A stretch of 64,000 bases of DNA, taken from positions 77,996,001 through 78,060,000 of the forward strand of contig OX597826.1 in assembly GCA_951406725.2 (NCBI GenBank), in the 5' to 3' direction. Below are positions 15,007-27,619 of this stretch, piece by piece. Each line of letters starts with the position of its first letter. Position 1 is the first letter of the stretch. The notes under the pieces are model-generated. The model ran no database searches and was not told the origin of the DNA. It worked only from the letters and a program-made list of their open reading frames with translations. Both the position numbers and the translations under genes were made by a program. The stretch comes from Octopus vulgaris. Taxonomy: Eukaryota.

Positions 15007-15145
15007 TACGACGGGCTTCTACATAGTTTTCATCGACCAAATTTACGCTCAAGGTATTAATCGGTCCGGGGTTTACACAAGGTGCCACACACTGGAACCG
15101 AACCCCAAAACACCTGACTGCAAAGCGAGTTTCTTAGACACACAC
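15007..15145 (-). mobile_element. tRNA-derived SINE, family B, degenerate
   Basis: ACGACGGGCTTCT..AGTTT..TC.ACCAAAT matches the copies at 45957 and 48076. Confidence 0.7.
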
Positions 15146-15659
15146 CCCTAATCCCTAACCCTATCCCTTACTCTGAGCCAATTGATAAGCGCTTTTTAAA
15201 TATATAACAAGTACATACAAAAAGTAACAAAGAAAAGTTTTAAAATAAAATAAGTGGACCCTACGCCTGTTTCGATGGTGATTATTGCAATTGTTTGGTC
15301 ACCTGGACTGCCTACTCATAGTACTCCTCTGTCGTTTATCGCCAGCTTCACACCCTTTCAGCCTGGCAGTGTTTAACAAGGCTGTTCCCATCAATTTTGA
15401 ATACAATCTGTGTAACATGATTGAAGACACATTCCGTCCCCATGATCTCCTTTAATAAGGTTTTGGGATTGATCTGGGGTTACAGGAAAAGACGCATACC
15501 CAAAATGCTTGGCCGTGAGATTGAAACCAAGACATCATGACTGCATGGCTAACTTCTTAACAACTCCTTCATGCCTACAAACACACTCACACACACGCAC
15601 AATACAAGCGTAAATATATTTTCATATGTGTGTATATAAATATATACATGCATACGCAT

Positions 15660-15778
15660 GCACACATACATACATGCATACATACATACATACATACATA
15701 CATACATACATACATACATACATACATACATACATACATACATACATACGTACATACATACATACATACATACATATA
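15660..15778. repeat. (TACA)n microsatellite
   Basis: Direct inspection. Confidence 0.97.
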
Positions 15779-15978
15779 GAATACAATGTAGAAGAGAACG
15801 GAATATAGGTTTCCATATATCTGTATCTAGGTATGTCTATGCATATACATGTATACACGATGGTTGTCCTCTCCTGAAGTCCAAAAATGACAGTTCTAAA
15901 ATTTCTTGTTGAGCAGCTTGCGCAAATGCTTCGATTAGAGTGCTCATGTGTTCGTGTCACACAATAGCTCCCTCTCTC

Positions 15979-16061
<83 letters not shown>

Positions 16062-16710
16062 CATCAAATCGACTTTGTCTCAACAGGTTCCCTCTGTACC
16101 ATACGTCAAGTGTTGAAGTGGTCACAAAGCAACGCGACATGAAGTGATTTGCTCAAGACCACCATTGTTTTGTTTCTTATTGACAACAAACTTTTGCGTA
16201 AACGAATTCTTGCCTGTTTTACAATAAAATCCTTTTGATTTCAATATATTTTCTCTAATGAGACCCATTTTCTTGCTGTATATAACATCTCGATTCCATT
16301 GTACTCTTTCTAACCGTTAATTTCAAACCTTTCCGTACAATTCCATCAACTTTTGTCCATTTAGTAGGATGGTAGTAATTATTAATTTCTTGAGATTTCG
16401 TGTGATGAGATTTTGGATTCTTAGAACAAGCTAGGATTTCTGTGACATCTTAAGAATACAATATTTAAGGTGCTTACCGTTATTATTTTTGTTGTCAATG
16501 TAATCCTAGATCTGTGCGTTTCCTTGATTGCTGCTAAGCCGTTGTCATCGTCGCGAGGCTTTCTCCTATATATGTATATGTATATGCGGTCGCATTTGTT
16601 TTCAGTTTATTAGATTTCTTTATAAACATCCTTTTATAACCTGTTCTTGACATGAACGCTCACTAATCGAAGTTGTATCAATAATAAATAAAAGATTATT
16701 TTTATTTTTA

Positions 16711-16713
<3 letters not shown>

Positions 16714-16751
<38 letters not shown>

Positions 16752-16802
16752 GTTATTGTTGTTATTGTTGTTATTGTTATTATTGTTATTATTATTATTA
16801 TT

Positions 16803-16835
<33 letters not shown>

Positions 16836-16884
16836 ATTGTTATTATTATTATTATTATTATCATCATCATCATCATCATCATCA

Positions 16885-16948
<64 letters not shown>
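16714..16948. repeat. Compound (TTA)n/(TTG)n/(TCA)n microsatellite
   Basis: Direct inspection. Confidence 0.97.
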
Positions 16949-16949
<1 letters not shown>

Positions 16950-17070
16950 GAGTGAGAGAGCAGTGCATGCCATCAAAGTGACACGGGTAAAATATACGAA
17001 GCCCAATATACCTATCATGACTACCCGTCTGATAAAGGTACACCAGGCTATTATTGTTATTATTATTATT

Positions 17071-17385
17071 GCCTTTGCACAGCGTCTAACGCTACAGATG
17101 CACTACGGTATCAGCTGTTCACTACCTGTGAACTAAGGTAACACCTTTATCTTTCGAGCACTTTCCAGAGTATTCGAGTGGTTCCAAACAGTGCTGTTTT
17201 CTGCAAGTGCTCCACCCTTATTGCAGCCCCTATTTGTTCCACGTACTTCTCCAGATATTTGCTCACTGTTCCCAAGGCTCCGACAATTATTGGTACTACT
17301 GCTGCCACCTTTTTCATCGACCACAACTGCTTAACCTCCCAAGCTAACCTGTCATATCTTTCGATTTTTCTTTCTTCCTTATGTC
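17071..17385 (-). mobile_element. 3' end of an R4/Dong-type non-LTR retrotransposon (restriction-like endonuclease C-terminus plus 3' UTR), ending in (TAA)n
   Basis: KEERKIERYDRLAWEVKQLWSMKKV..VVPIIVGALGTVSKYL..LQKTALFGTTRILWKVL matches the family's K..KY..L..E...LW..VP.VVGALG..LQK..LLGT.RILRKVL pattern; abuts (TAA)n. Confidence 0.88.
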
Positions 17386-19097
17386 TAGAAAGGAAGCAGT
17401 TAACGGGATTTACCTGCGCTCCTTTGTTGCCTGAATACAATCATCGTCAAACTCTCTTTTTTCGTATTGGTGGAAGTCAGGTTATATAATTAATGGCTTC
17501 CAACTTGACTTCGAAACTAAGTACCGAGCATTAATTGCAGTGGATGCAGTCAAACGCGGACCTTTTAAAAATATATATAAACTAGGTCTTTATTCGATCG
17601 TATTCACTCTAGTGTAGGCCTAGTACTTCGTTTGCATATCATGTTGGTATGTATACAATGGTTGGTTTCGTTGATTGAAAAGGATCCAATTATTTGCCAC
17701 AAAACGTTTCTTCGATCTTCTGTTGGTTTCATCAATCACCGATCTCCGATCTCACATTTATAGAATAATATCGAACAGCTTTGAAATACTGAAATATTAA
17801 ATATTATACACTGCTTAAAAGATCTGAAGTGCTTATTTTTTATAGCATCCACTACATAAAGAGAAACAGGAAAATACAGTCTAATGTCTAAAAAATACAA
17901 TTAATAGAGACATTTTTGTCATGCCTAATGTAATAATCCGAGAAATTACACCTTATCTTTAATGAGAAGGTAAAAGAAATTTTCTTTTGGACCAAAAATA
18001 TTCAAGGGAGACAAACACGGAATTTAAAATAGTAAAACTGGTGAAGCATACAAGTTTTAATGAATTCAAATCACATGGCTCTTTGTATTGAGCTCTCGCC
18101 CACTTTATGAAATAATTACATTTAAGCATATCACTTTCTGATATCAAATTTTGCTGCTGTTCGATTTTGCCCCTTACCTATACAAAGTCAATAATAAAAT
18201 TACAAATAATATAGTGTGATCTACTCAATGACAAATAATCCTTCTCAGACAAAAATATCGGCCGCCTTGGAACGAGCAGAAATCAATATTTATCTATTGA
18301 GATATTGTATAACAACATTTGACATTCTCATCACTGTGTATATTGAATACAAGATGTAATCTAATAACTACAAGATTGAGTTTAGATACTCTCAACATCT
18401 TGTCACTTAATAATTACTACTTGAAAGTGCGGATGAAGAAGTGGATAAGATAAGAGACAACTAACCAGGAGATTGGTAGTTTGTTCCTTCTCGCCATTAA
18501 TGCGTTATGCGCATGGCCAAGACACATAAATCTCAAATGGATCACTACAGATTGCTAATACTGAGTGGGAACAACTTTACTTGTGCAACAAGTTGGAGCA
18601 GCATTGTAAACTTATCAAATGGTTAATTAGCTTCCGATGCTAAATTCAACACGTCTCATAACTTCAGTATTAATCAGCACTCAACCGAGAGTGGAGTTTC
18701 AGTTGTCACAGTATTTGGTTTCGAGTACGAGTTATAGGTTGTGTGTAGCAGTGTCTTGTACATTAAATACATCAAATAAATGCAGGGGAGCAAGAGAAAC
18801 GGCTCACTCACAAACATGCGCGCACACACAGGGAATAAATACACATTTGTAAATGGAGAAGATGATAAAAGATGTTCTAAATAAAAGACGAGCTGAAGCT
18901 TCGCAAATCATGAGAAAGGTGACAAACACTTCCAAGTTTGCGCTAAATAACGTCTTGAATTTTCTCCCCTATTTACGCACGGCATACATCCATCAATACA
19001 TACATATATACATACATAAATACATACATACATACATACATACATACATACATACATACATACATACATACATACATACATACACACTCTCTCTCTT

Positions 19098-19128
<31 letters not shown>

Positions 19129-19207
19129 TATATATATAAATTTTTTTTTCGTAATGAGATAAAAAAAACCAAGGCCGTGTAGATTTGAGAACATTTATAG
19201 ATAGAAG

Positions 19208-19254
19208 GTCGTACAGCTGTTTCCAGGATATTTATTATATCCCTTCATCGGAGA
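19208..19254 (-). ncRNA. Type I hammerhead ribozyme motif, variant core, in a short PLE-like insert between microsatellites
   Basis: gtct-CCGATGA-a-gggatat(aataa)atatcct-g-GAAA-CAGCTG-TA-cgac; palindromic stem III ACAGCTGT; U4->C variant; one stem I mismatch. Confidence 0.65.
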
Positions 19255-19491
19255 CGGTGTGAGAGGATGGTTAAGTCATAGTTAATTTAGATGGGATACA
19301 AAAGAGCGAGTGAGGTGGAGGAAAGAAAATAGATGTAGAGATATCGTATTTGTAGGTTCATATTTTTTCAGGCAGAATGGTTTACATATAAGATTCCAAT
19401 ACCTTCCGGGTAAAACCAATAGTATTTAAAATTGGTCATTCCAAGTATAGAGTTTGTACACTGTGTTATCGAATCAAGGGTTTTATTTAAA

Positions 19492-19569
<78 letters not shown>

Positions 19570-19687
19570 ATGTATATATATATATACACATATACACACA
19601 CATACACACACACACGCATGCATACACGCATGCACACTCGCAGACACACACACGCACACATGCACACGCACACACACACATATATAT

Positions 19688-20100
19688 TGTTATATTTCGG
19701 GACAGTCATTTGTTATTTGCCTGCTACACACACGTACAATGTATTCATTCTTCACTCATTTATTATTGTTCTTATTTTATCTTTTGTTCATTGTCTGGAA
19801 AACTTTCATCACACACCTGTAACCTCTTCAACGACTCTTCCATACCACGAGTCTCTTCCTGTGAATACCACGGAAACTTTGGGTCATACCAGCAGATGGT
19901 TTTCTACACCATTTTGCATATAGTCATAGAAGGCGATTTAGTTTGCACCTCGCCTCGATTCGAGTACTCGATATTGACAAATCACAAAGATAACGAAACA
20001 TTAATGTCTATGCGAGTTATGTCGCTTGTCTATTACTTCCTGGTGTTTAAGCACTAGGCCAAATAACGAGAATATATTCTCTTAATCGTACAATTGCAGC
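19688..20100 (+). repeat. Dispersed repeat starting TG (possible solo LTR); homologous copy at 42974-43140
   Basis: Both copies share TATTTCGGGAC.GTCATTT..ACACACG.AC.AT.TATTC.TTCTTC.CTC.TTTATTA.TGTTCTTATT; 3' boundary uncertain. Confidence 0.5.
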
Positions 20101-20160
20101 TCGTCCACGAACTAACAAATCATATACATTGTGTATGTGTGTTCAATATCGTTTATATAT

Positions 20161-20470
20161 ATACATAGAAGTCGGAATTTACCACTATGTGGAAGCACTT
20201 ATGCTAGAAGAAGATCCGCAATGGTCTTACCACTAAGAATTGTTCTCTAGAAAATTTAGCAAACACCAGAAACGTAAGCGAATATATATTCATAAACAAA
20301 TGTTTCACTATCAACAAATTACGTAATTTGTTGATAGTAAAACATTTGCTTATGATTAATCTATACACACAGGGGTAAATTCCATCAGTTTTTTAATATG
20401 CTAGACCACTGGTGTTAAATTGATGTTATCAAATTAATATTCAATTTTTCAGCCTCATTTTAATATTAAT
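20161..20470. repeat. Decayed fold-back insert between (TA)n tracts; central 66-bp palindrome at 20290-20355
   Basis: TCATAAACAAATGTTTCACTATCAACAAATTAC|GTAATTTGTTGATAGTAAAACATTTGCTTATGA (2 mismatches, no loop); both arms resemble the repeat at 53545-53790. Confidence 0.75.
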
Positions 20471-20476
20471 ATATAC

Positions 20477-20535
<59 letters not shown>

Positions 20536-21332
20536 CATGCACATTTCGATGCACTGCAATTCAATTAGTATTGGTTACCATAAATAAAGTTATGCTATCT
20601 AAGTTTATGTGTAGTGATGAAGTGAAAAGCTGAACCCATCTCATTCACAATATTGACACCTTTTTGATGCAAACTAAACGAAGGAAGTGTATTGTTTGTT
20701 TAGATATAAGATGGAATTATATAAACAAACATTATTACTTAGAAAATGAAAGTGAAACGGAGCAAGCCGATATGTAGATATTTAATAGCAATGTAGTCTT
20801 AGTATTACTTATATTGAAGAGAAAAATACTAAAAATATACTTACCATTTTTAACATTGTGAAATAATAATATTCAGTAAAACATCGGCAAAGCATGTAAC
20901 ATTTGAAAATTTAAAATTTAAAGCAGACAGATATGAGATGAGATTTTGCAAAGCGGTTTTTAACAGAACGTGCATTTAATATTTAAAATGACGATAAATA
21001 AATGAAAACTATTAACAGCAAAAAGAAAAGGCAATGGAACATAAGCTGTAATAAGAACACTGAATCTCATGAAAGTTTTTCAACACCAAAAGTTGTCAGC
21101 CACTGAATCAGGTCTAAAACAAAATATTCTTCGAGAAAATTACTATTTTTTCAACCTCAACCTCACAACGTGAGATATTCAGCAACAGTACTTTGTAGTA
21201 AAGATTGTTTGCCAACATAACATGGCAGTCCTGGTTTAGGACTAATGTTGCTGCAATTTAGCTCCAGGAGACATCGTCTCCAGCTGGCTATACGGCACGG
21301 TCTGTGTCCTTACATTTTCGAACAAGGGAATC

Positions 21333-21515
21333 TATTCTTTTCTACACTAGGCACAAGGCCTGAAATTTTCGGGGGAAGGGGTCAGTCGATTAGATCGACC
21401 CCAGTACACAACTGGTACTTAATCTATCGGCACCGAAAGGCGGAATTTAAACGCAGAACGTAAAGATAGACGAAGTACCGCTAAGCATTTCCGCCCGTCG
21501 TGCGAACATTTCTGA
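21333..21515 (-). mobile_element. SINE, family N
   Basis: AGGCACAAGGCCTGAAATTTT..TAGATCGACCCCAGT..CTGGTACTTAAT..GCTAAGCATTTC. Confidence 0.75.
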
Positions 21516-21898
21516 AGAAAACATACACTGTTAATGATAATAAATATGTAAGAAAAACAAAAGCAATGGAAATTTTGAGTGTCTTATATTAAACACAAAC
21601 AGCAAATGGAATTGTTGATATATTCGAACAAGTACTGATTACCAAGTAGAATTTCAAATGAGAGTTTACTAATGATCGTACATGCGCTCAATCAGTGCTT
21701 CGGTCATGAATATTTTACTCCAAAAGAGGTAAATATATATCATTGCACATGCGTTACCAGAAGTCCACAATGAACGTGTACTTTTAAAAATAATATCGAA
21801 GATACACACGCACATACACACACACACACACACATATATATAAATACATATATATATATGTGTGTGTGTATATATATGTGTATATACACACACACACA

Positions 21899-21956
<58 letters not shown>

Positions 21957-22098
21957 GCAATAAAGATTCAAGTTAATTTAAATGAATTTACTTGAATATG
22001 GTACCTAACTTAGATGCACCAAAAAAAACTATACTGATTTAACAATACAGTAATGTGGGGTGATTATAGCGAGAATGAAGCAACAAGAATGGATAGGT

Positions 22099-22189
22099 TT
22101 TTAGTACAATCGTTTCATACAAGGACAGGTTTTATTAAAAGTTGCAAAAATTACAGCATATAAACGTGTCCCGTACTCATCAGCTAAAA
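22099..22189 (-). ncRNA. Type I hammerhead ribozyme (mirror copy in the left palindrome arm)
   Basis: Exact reverse complement of 22506-22596. Confidence 0.8.
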
Positions 22190-22505
22190 TACATGTGAGT
22201 TCTCTAGACATCCTAGTGGTTGAGGCTATACTCATGAAGTAATGTAGATAATTAAGTAACATAAACAGATTTCAAAAGTTCATTAAAGTTCTTTAAAGAT
22301 GATGTACAGTCTTATCACAGAATTTTAAAAAAGTCTTAATAGCATCACTATGCTATTAAGACTTTTTTAAAATTCTGTGATAAGACTGTACATCATCTTT
22401 AAAGAACTTTAATGAACTTTTGAAATCTGTTTATGTTACTTAATTATCTACATTACTTCATGAGTATAGCCTCAACCACTAGGATGTCTAGAGAACTCAC
22501 ATGTA

Positions 22506-22596
22506 TTTTAGCTGATGAGTACGGGACACGTTTATATGCTGTAATTTTTGCAACTTTTAATAAAACCTGTCCTTGTATGAAACGATTGTACTAAAA
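22506..22596 (+). ncRNA. Type I hammerhead ribozyme
   Basis: Stem I TTTTAG/CTAAAA (6 bp), core CTGATGA (22512-18), long stem II GTACGGGACA..TGTCC(T)TGTAT, GAAA (22579-82), stem III AC-GATT-GT, cleavage triplet GUA ending at 22590. Confidence 0.8.
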
Positions 22597-22654
22597 ACCT
22601 ATCCATTCTTGTTGCTTCATTCTCGCGTATATATATATATATATATATATATAT

Positions 22655-22810
22655 ACGAGAGGGTTCTTTCAGTTTCCGTCTACCAAACCCGCTCACAAGG
22701 CTTTGGTCAGCCCGAAGCTATAAGTAGAAAACACTTGTACAAAGGGGTAAACAGTGGAATTAAACCTGGAATCATGTGTTCGGGAGCAAATTCCTTACCA
22801 CACAGCCACC
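22655..22810 (-). mobile_element. tRNA-derived SINE, family B
   Basis: TTCTTTCAGTTTCCGTCTACCAAA.CC.CTCACAAGGCTTTGGTC..TTACCACACAGCCAC. Confidence 0.8.
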
Positions 22811-23639
22811 TCAAAATCTGATTTTTTTCTGATCCTTCAATCCCGCTGTCCTTTACCCATCTCTCCTCCTTCCATGTGACCGGTGTCCGGCCAGTCATGA
22901 TCTTTCTTTCTTGGCCTGACTGCCAACCGTCAACACCTCTTGTATCCAACTCCCATGTCCCTGCCTTTAGACTTTCACTTCTTACACGCCAGCTCAATTC
23001 GATTCGTTTTCAGTCGAAAGACGCCTATTGTTATTTCTTGTTATTTGTATTCGTAACTGTGTACCATGTTCTCCGTTTTTTTTTTTTTTTTTTGCTTATT
23101 TGCCTTTTTGTCTTGTTACCATACCCATTCGCTAGCTTTCTTACAAAGAAGTCTAATGCTCTTAGACGTTTTGGGGGGCAACCAGCTCGAACCATCTCAA
23201 GTGTAACTGCCCGAAATAGTCGTGACTTCTGGGGCCTGACTGATGAAAGAAAGCCAAGAATGACCCGTCTTTTTTTTTGCATGTCCTTCTAATTGTTGTT
23301 TCTCTTTTCTGCCCTTATATCGTCTATCTGTCCGAACGTTTTAATGCCCTCTATTGCGCTTTTGTTCCATTCATATATACATATATATATATATATATAT
23401 TAGAAGGTTTAGAGATGATGTACAGGTATTTTATATTAGAAGAAATAAGGTACTCAGAAATTCGGATGGTTTTATATTTACAGATATTTATTTGTATATT
23501 ACATGTTTTTATACATCATATACCATATATTGGCGCTTTCGTCCATTCTAGTGGAGTTTTCAAATTGAACTAAGTTCTTGTGGAAAAATTTGACCATTTT
23601 TATAGTGTTATTGAGTCTGTAGTTATAGAGAGGGATATG

Positions 23640-23716
<77 letters not shown>

Positions 23717-23739
23717 CGTGTGTGTATGTGTGTGTGTGT

Positions 23740-23779
<40 letters not shown>

Positions 23780-24105
23780 ATGCTTGCATATCGATTACTA
23801 GTGCATGATTAGCTCCAGAAATGGGAGTTTTATTTTTTACTTCCTGACATTACCAACGTCATCCGCGTAAAGTTCGTAACAAAAGCATGTTCTTGTAGTT
23901 CAGCCATCTTTCATGTTGTTCTGAAGGAGAAAAAGGGGGGAAAAACAGCAATTTAGACAAACAAAAAAACAACAACAAAAAAAACGCATAAATCTGCCAA
24001 ACATTCTCTGAATCTACGATTTAATTCGTAAATGGTGGATATTGATATTGACAACACTGAAATAAAACACTTTGACCAATGTTTTATATAAATAAATTTA
24101 CAAAC

Positions 24106-24122
24106 GTGTGTGTGTGTGTGTG

Positions 24123-24215
<93 letters not shown>

Positions 24216-24308
24216 TGTGTGTGTGTGTGCGTGCGTGTGTACGTGTGCGTGTCTGCGTGTGTCTGCGTGTGTGTGTCTGCATTTGTGTCTGCGTGTGTGT
24301 GTGTGCGT
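24106..24308. repeat. (TG)n microsatellite
   Basis: Direct inspection. Confidence 0.97.
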
Positions 24309-24720
24309 ATGGATGAGCTATTCCCTATCACTTTAGAAGATGAAGATTCGAAGTACAGTAAACTTACATACCTGTTTTTGAATTAACATCACTGTGGTCG
24401 AGTATTCCACAGACACGTTGCACCCTTAAAGTAATTCTCTGAAGAATCAGTGCAACAAACGTAACCTGTGATAGGGTTTGTACGTTTGATTTACGATTTC
24501 AATTTATCCGGCAGGCTTCAGTACATTTTCCGCTTATTTATATTTCTTACACATGGCGTGGAGCCTCATGAGTCTCTCGAATATGATATTTGCTCAGTAT
24601 GCTACACAGTGGAGTCGAACCGGGAACACTATGGTTGTGAAGCAAACCTCCTGACCTTTTGACCTTCTACGTGTGTGCATGTATCCGAAGTTTTTTTATA
24701 ATATTTATGCATAGATATAC

Positions 24721-24778
<58 letters not shown>

Positions 24779-24854
24779 TTATGTGACGCTGTCGTACGTT
24801 AAATTCGACTTACGGTGAAAGTCAGCAGACAAAGTTTGCTTTGAAGTGCTGAGA

Positions 24855-25115
24855 TTTATTCTCAAACGCAGGATAAGGCTAATAATATAACATGAACAGG
24901 ATAAACTATCCATATTTTGCAGAAAAATCTGTCGGCAGCCACCCATGAGACTTGAACTGTGATTACGCGTCAAGTGCTTTACGATTAAGCTAAACTGCCC
25001 CAACGACAAATTCTTCTGCAAATTTACGATTTATAAATCAAGCTTTATAAGAACGATATCGTATATTATCCTGTTCTTGTTATATTATTGGCATTATTCT
25101 GCGTTTGAGAATAAA
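24855..25115. mobile_element. MITE-like element with ~50-bp imperfect terminal inverted repeats
   Basis: Left TTTATTCTCAAACGCAGGATAAGGCTAATAATATAACATGAACAGGATAA; reverse complement of right end TTTATTCTCAAACGCAGAATAATGCCAATAATATAACAAGAACAGGATAA. Confidence 0.65.
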
Positions 25116-25520
25116 ATTATTTTCTGGTAAATTTATGTATTTTGTGAACCCCAGAAATTTCCATTACAACAAAACTGACACACCCGATTACTACATTTTT
25201 AAATACTGGACTGAACTTTGTGGCTTTCACATTTTCGTTGCCAACACAAAGGATTGAATCCAAATCTGCCAAAACCACCTAAAACAACTGATACTTCCTA
25301 AACCTGCCTACGAAAATTGACACACCTAAATATTCTCACCTGCTTACAAAGACCTACAAAATTCTAAACAAAAGCATAACTTGTAAATTTAACCCCCAAA
25401 ATTTTGTTCAAATCCCTCTCCGTAACAATCCACCCTAAAACTCCACTCAGACCCACACACCCAAGAAAGATTTTAAGCTCAACAGGGACTATATAAAGTC
25501 AAGATTAACTACAATGCATC

Positions 25521-25564
25521 GAGTCCTACGACGACACAACGGGTCGAAACTTCGAAGTCCCTGT
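25521..25564 (+). ncRNA. Degenerate hammerhead motif (ACTTCGAAGT stem III family)
   Basis: gagt-CCTACGA-cgac(acaacgg)gtc-GAAA-CTTCGAAG-TC-cctgt; downstream ~75 bp homologous to 54040-54120 (minus). Confidence 0.5.
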
Positions 25565-25678
25565 CAGTAATATTCTTGTTTAAGAATACTAAATTTGTAC
25601 TCCACAAAAGTATAGAGTAACCCATCAGATTAAGGTGAAATATAATTGTGTATTGTGATGTGGAGGAGGAGGTGGTGG

Positions 25679-25960
25679 AGCACTCCGTCGGTTACGATGA
25701 TGAGGGTCCCAGCTGATACGATCCACGAAACAGCTTGCTGGTGAAATTAACATGCAAGTGGCTGAGTACTCCACAGACACGTCTACCCCTAACGTAGTTC
25801 TCAGAGAGATTCAGCATGACACAGAATTTGCCAGTTGAGTGGACTGGGGCAACGTGAAATAAAATATATTGTTCAATAACATAATGCGTCGCCGGGAATT
25901 GAATTCACGACCTTACAATCGTGAGTCGAATACCCTAACCACTAAGCCACGCACCTTCAC
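25679..25960 (-). mobile_element. tRNA-derived SINE with family C tail
   Basis: Minus-strand head GTGAAGGTGCGTGGCTTAGTGGTTAGGGTATTCGAC; tail GCACTCCGTCGGTTACGA.GA.GAGGGT shared with 60840-61216. Confidence 0.8.
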
Positions 25961-26259
25961 ATATGCATCGTATATATGACCTGTATATATGTATTGCATA
26001 CATGTATTGTATGTATGTGCTGTGTAGACTGGAATAAGATCACGTGGTGAGTCTGAATTAATGTCACAGCGTCCCATACAGGTGAGATATCGAATCCAGG
26101 AGCCTATGATCATAATCCCAATATCATAATCACTAAGCCACAACCCTTAACGCTCATACACACGCGCGCCCACATACGCACTCGCAGATCACTGATCGTA
26201 CAACTAACGGAACGTTAAACATTGTGATCTGCTTCTGCTGATGCCGTTTGTTGATGCCA

Positions 26260-26729
26260 ATGTTGTTGTTGTTGTTGTTTTAGTTGCTATTGTCCTTTTG
26301 ATAATATTTGTAATTGTTCGTGTTGTTATGATAACAGTCGTTGTTATTGCTGTCACAGTAATATCTTATGTTAGCTATTGTTGTTGTTGTTACTGCTACT
26401 GTTGTTGTTGTTGTTGTTGCTGCAGTTGTGGTGACAGTGACGATATTGCTTGCATTCATTCTTGTCATCGTCGTTATGATGGTAGCGCCATCTATTGGAT
26501 GTTATTCTTGTTGCTGTTATAGTCGTTGTAGTTGCTTTTATAGCTGTTGTTGTTGTTGCTGTTGTTGTTCATGTTGTTGTTGTTGTTCTTCTTCTTCTTC
26601 TTCTTCATTTCTCCTTCTTCTTCTACTTCTTCTCCTTCTTCTCCGCCTTCTTCTTCTTCTTCTTCTTCTCACTCTTCCCATTCTTCTCCTCCTCCTTCTT
26701 CTTCTTTTTCTTCTTCTTCCCCTTCTTCT

Positions 26730-26761
<32 letters not shown>

Positions 26762-27055
26762 TTCATTTCTCCTTCTTCTTCTGTTTATTCTTCCTCTTCT
26801 TCTCCTTCTTCTTCTTCCTTCTTCTTCTTCTTCTTCTTCTTCTTCTTCTTCTTCTTCTTCTTCTTCTTCTTCTTCTATTAACATATTTCTTGCTGTTATG
26901 GTTGTAATAATAATGTTATTCTCATTGTTGTTGTTGTTGTTGTTGCTGTTGTTGTTGCCTTTTGTGGCTGTGTTTGTCTTTCCAGCCGTTATTGTTACCA
27001 GTGTTGTTATGGCAGCCATTGTTTGTTATTGCTATTGCTGTTGTTGTTGTTGTGG
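26260..27055. repeat. Compound (GTT)n-(TTC)n-(GTT)n low-complexity tract
   Basis: Direct inspection. Confidence 0.93.
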
Positions 27056-27442
27056 TCGATAACGACCGTTTATGTCCGGCGATAGAGATCAGGCATCTTT
27101 CTTTATGGCTGACATTTTCAACACCTGAAGGAATCATAAGCAATAAATGAGATAAAAGCCAGACCATCAAATATTGGCAAGAATCTACGGAAGACGAAAA
27201 GCGAAGCAATCTTGACGCACACAGCACGTGCTGCCAGCACTGGAGAATCTCAGAATAGGAATGCGGACGAAAGCATAGACACACACTTACACACACACAT
27301 ACGCTCACACATATACACATACATGTATATACAGTTGTACATCCACACGTGTGGGGCGCTCACACACACACAAACACGTATATCTACGATGCTGAGATTC
27401 TGAAGTGTAGAACTCATATATCTTCCTATACTACTACTACTA

Positions 27443-27483
<41 letters not shown>

Positions 27484-27587
27484 GCCAACAACAACAACAT
27501 TGATAGCATTAATAATACTACAAATGACACTCAGCAAGAAATAGAAAGTGAAGATTTTTATAATAATAATAATAATATTTCTTTTAT

Positions 27588-27619
<32 letters not shown>

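Larger units (their letters stand above)
22069..22626. repeat. Perfect 277-bp inverted repeat with a 4-nt loop (CACT, 22346-22349); inverted PLE pseudo-LTR-like insert
   Basis: 22069-22345 reads as the exact reverse complement of 22350-22626; the whole insert (21953-22626) is flanked by (TA)n. Confidence 0.96.

Noticed and set aside
15146-15170. CCCTAA-like telomeric repeats
   Set aside because: Only about 4 degenerate units
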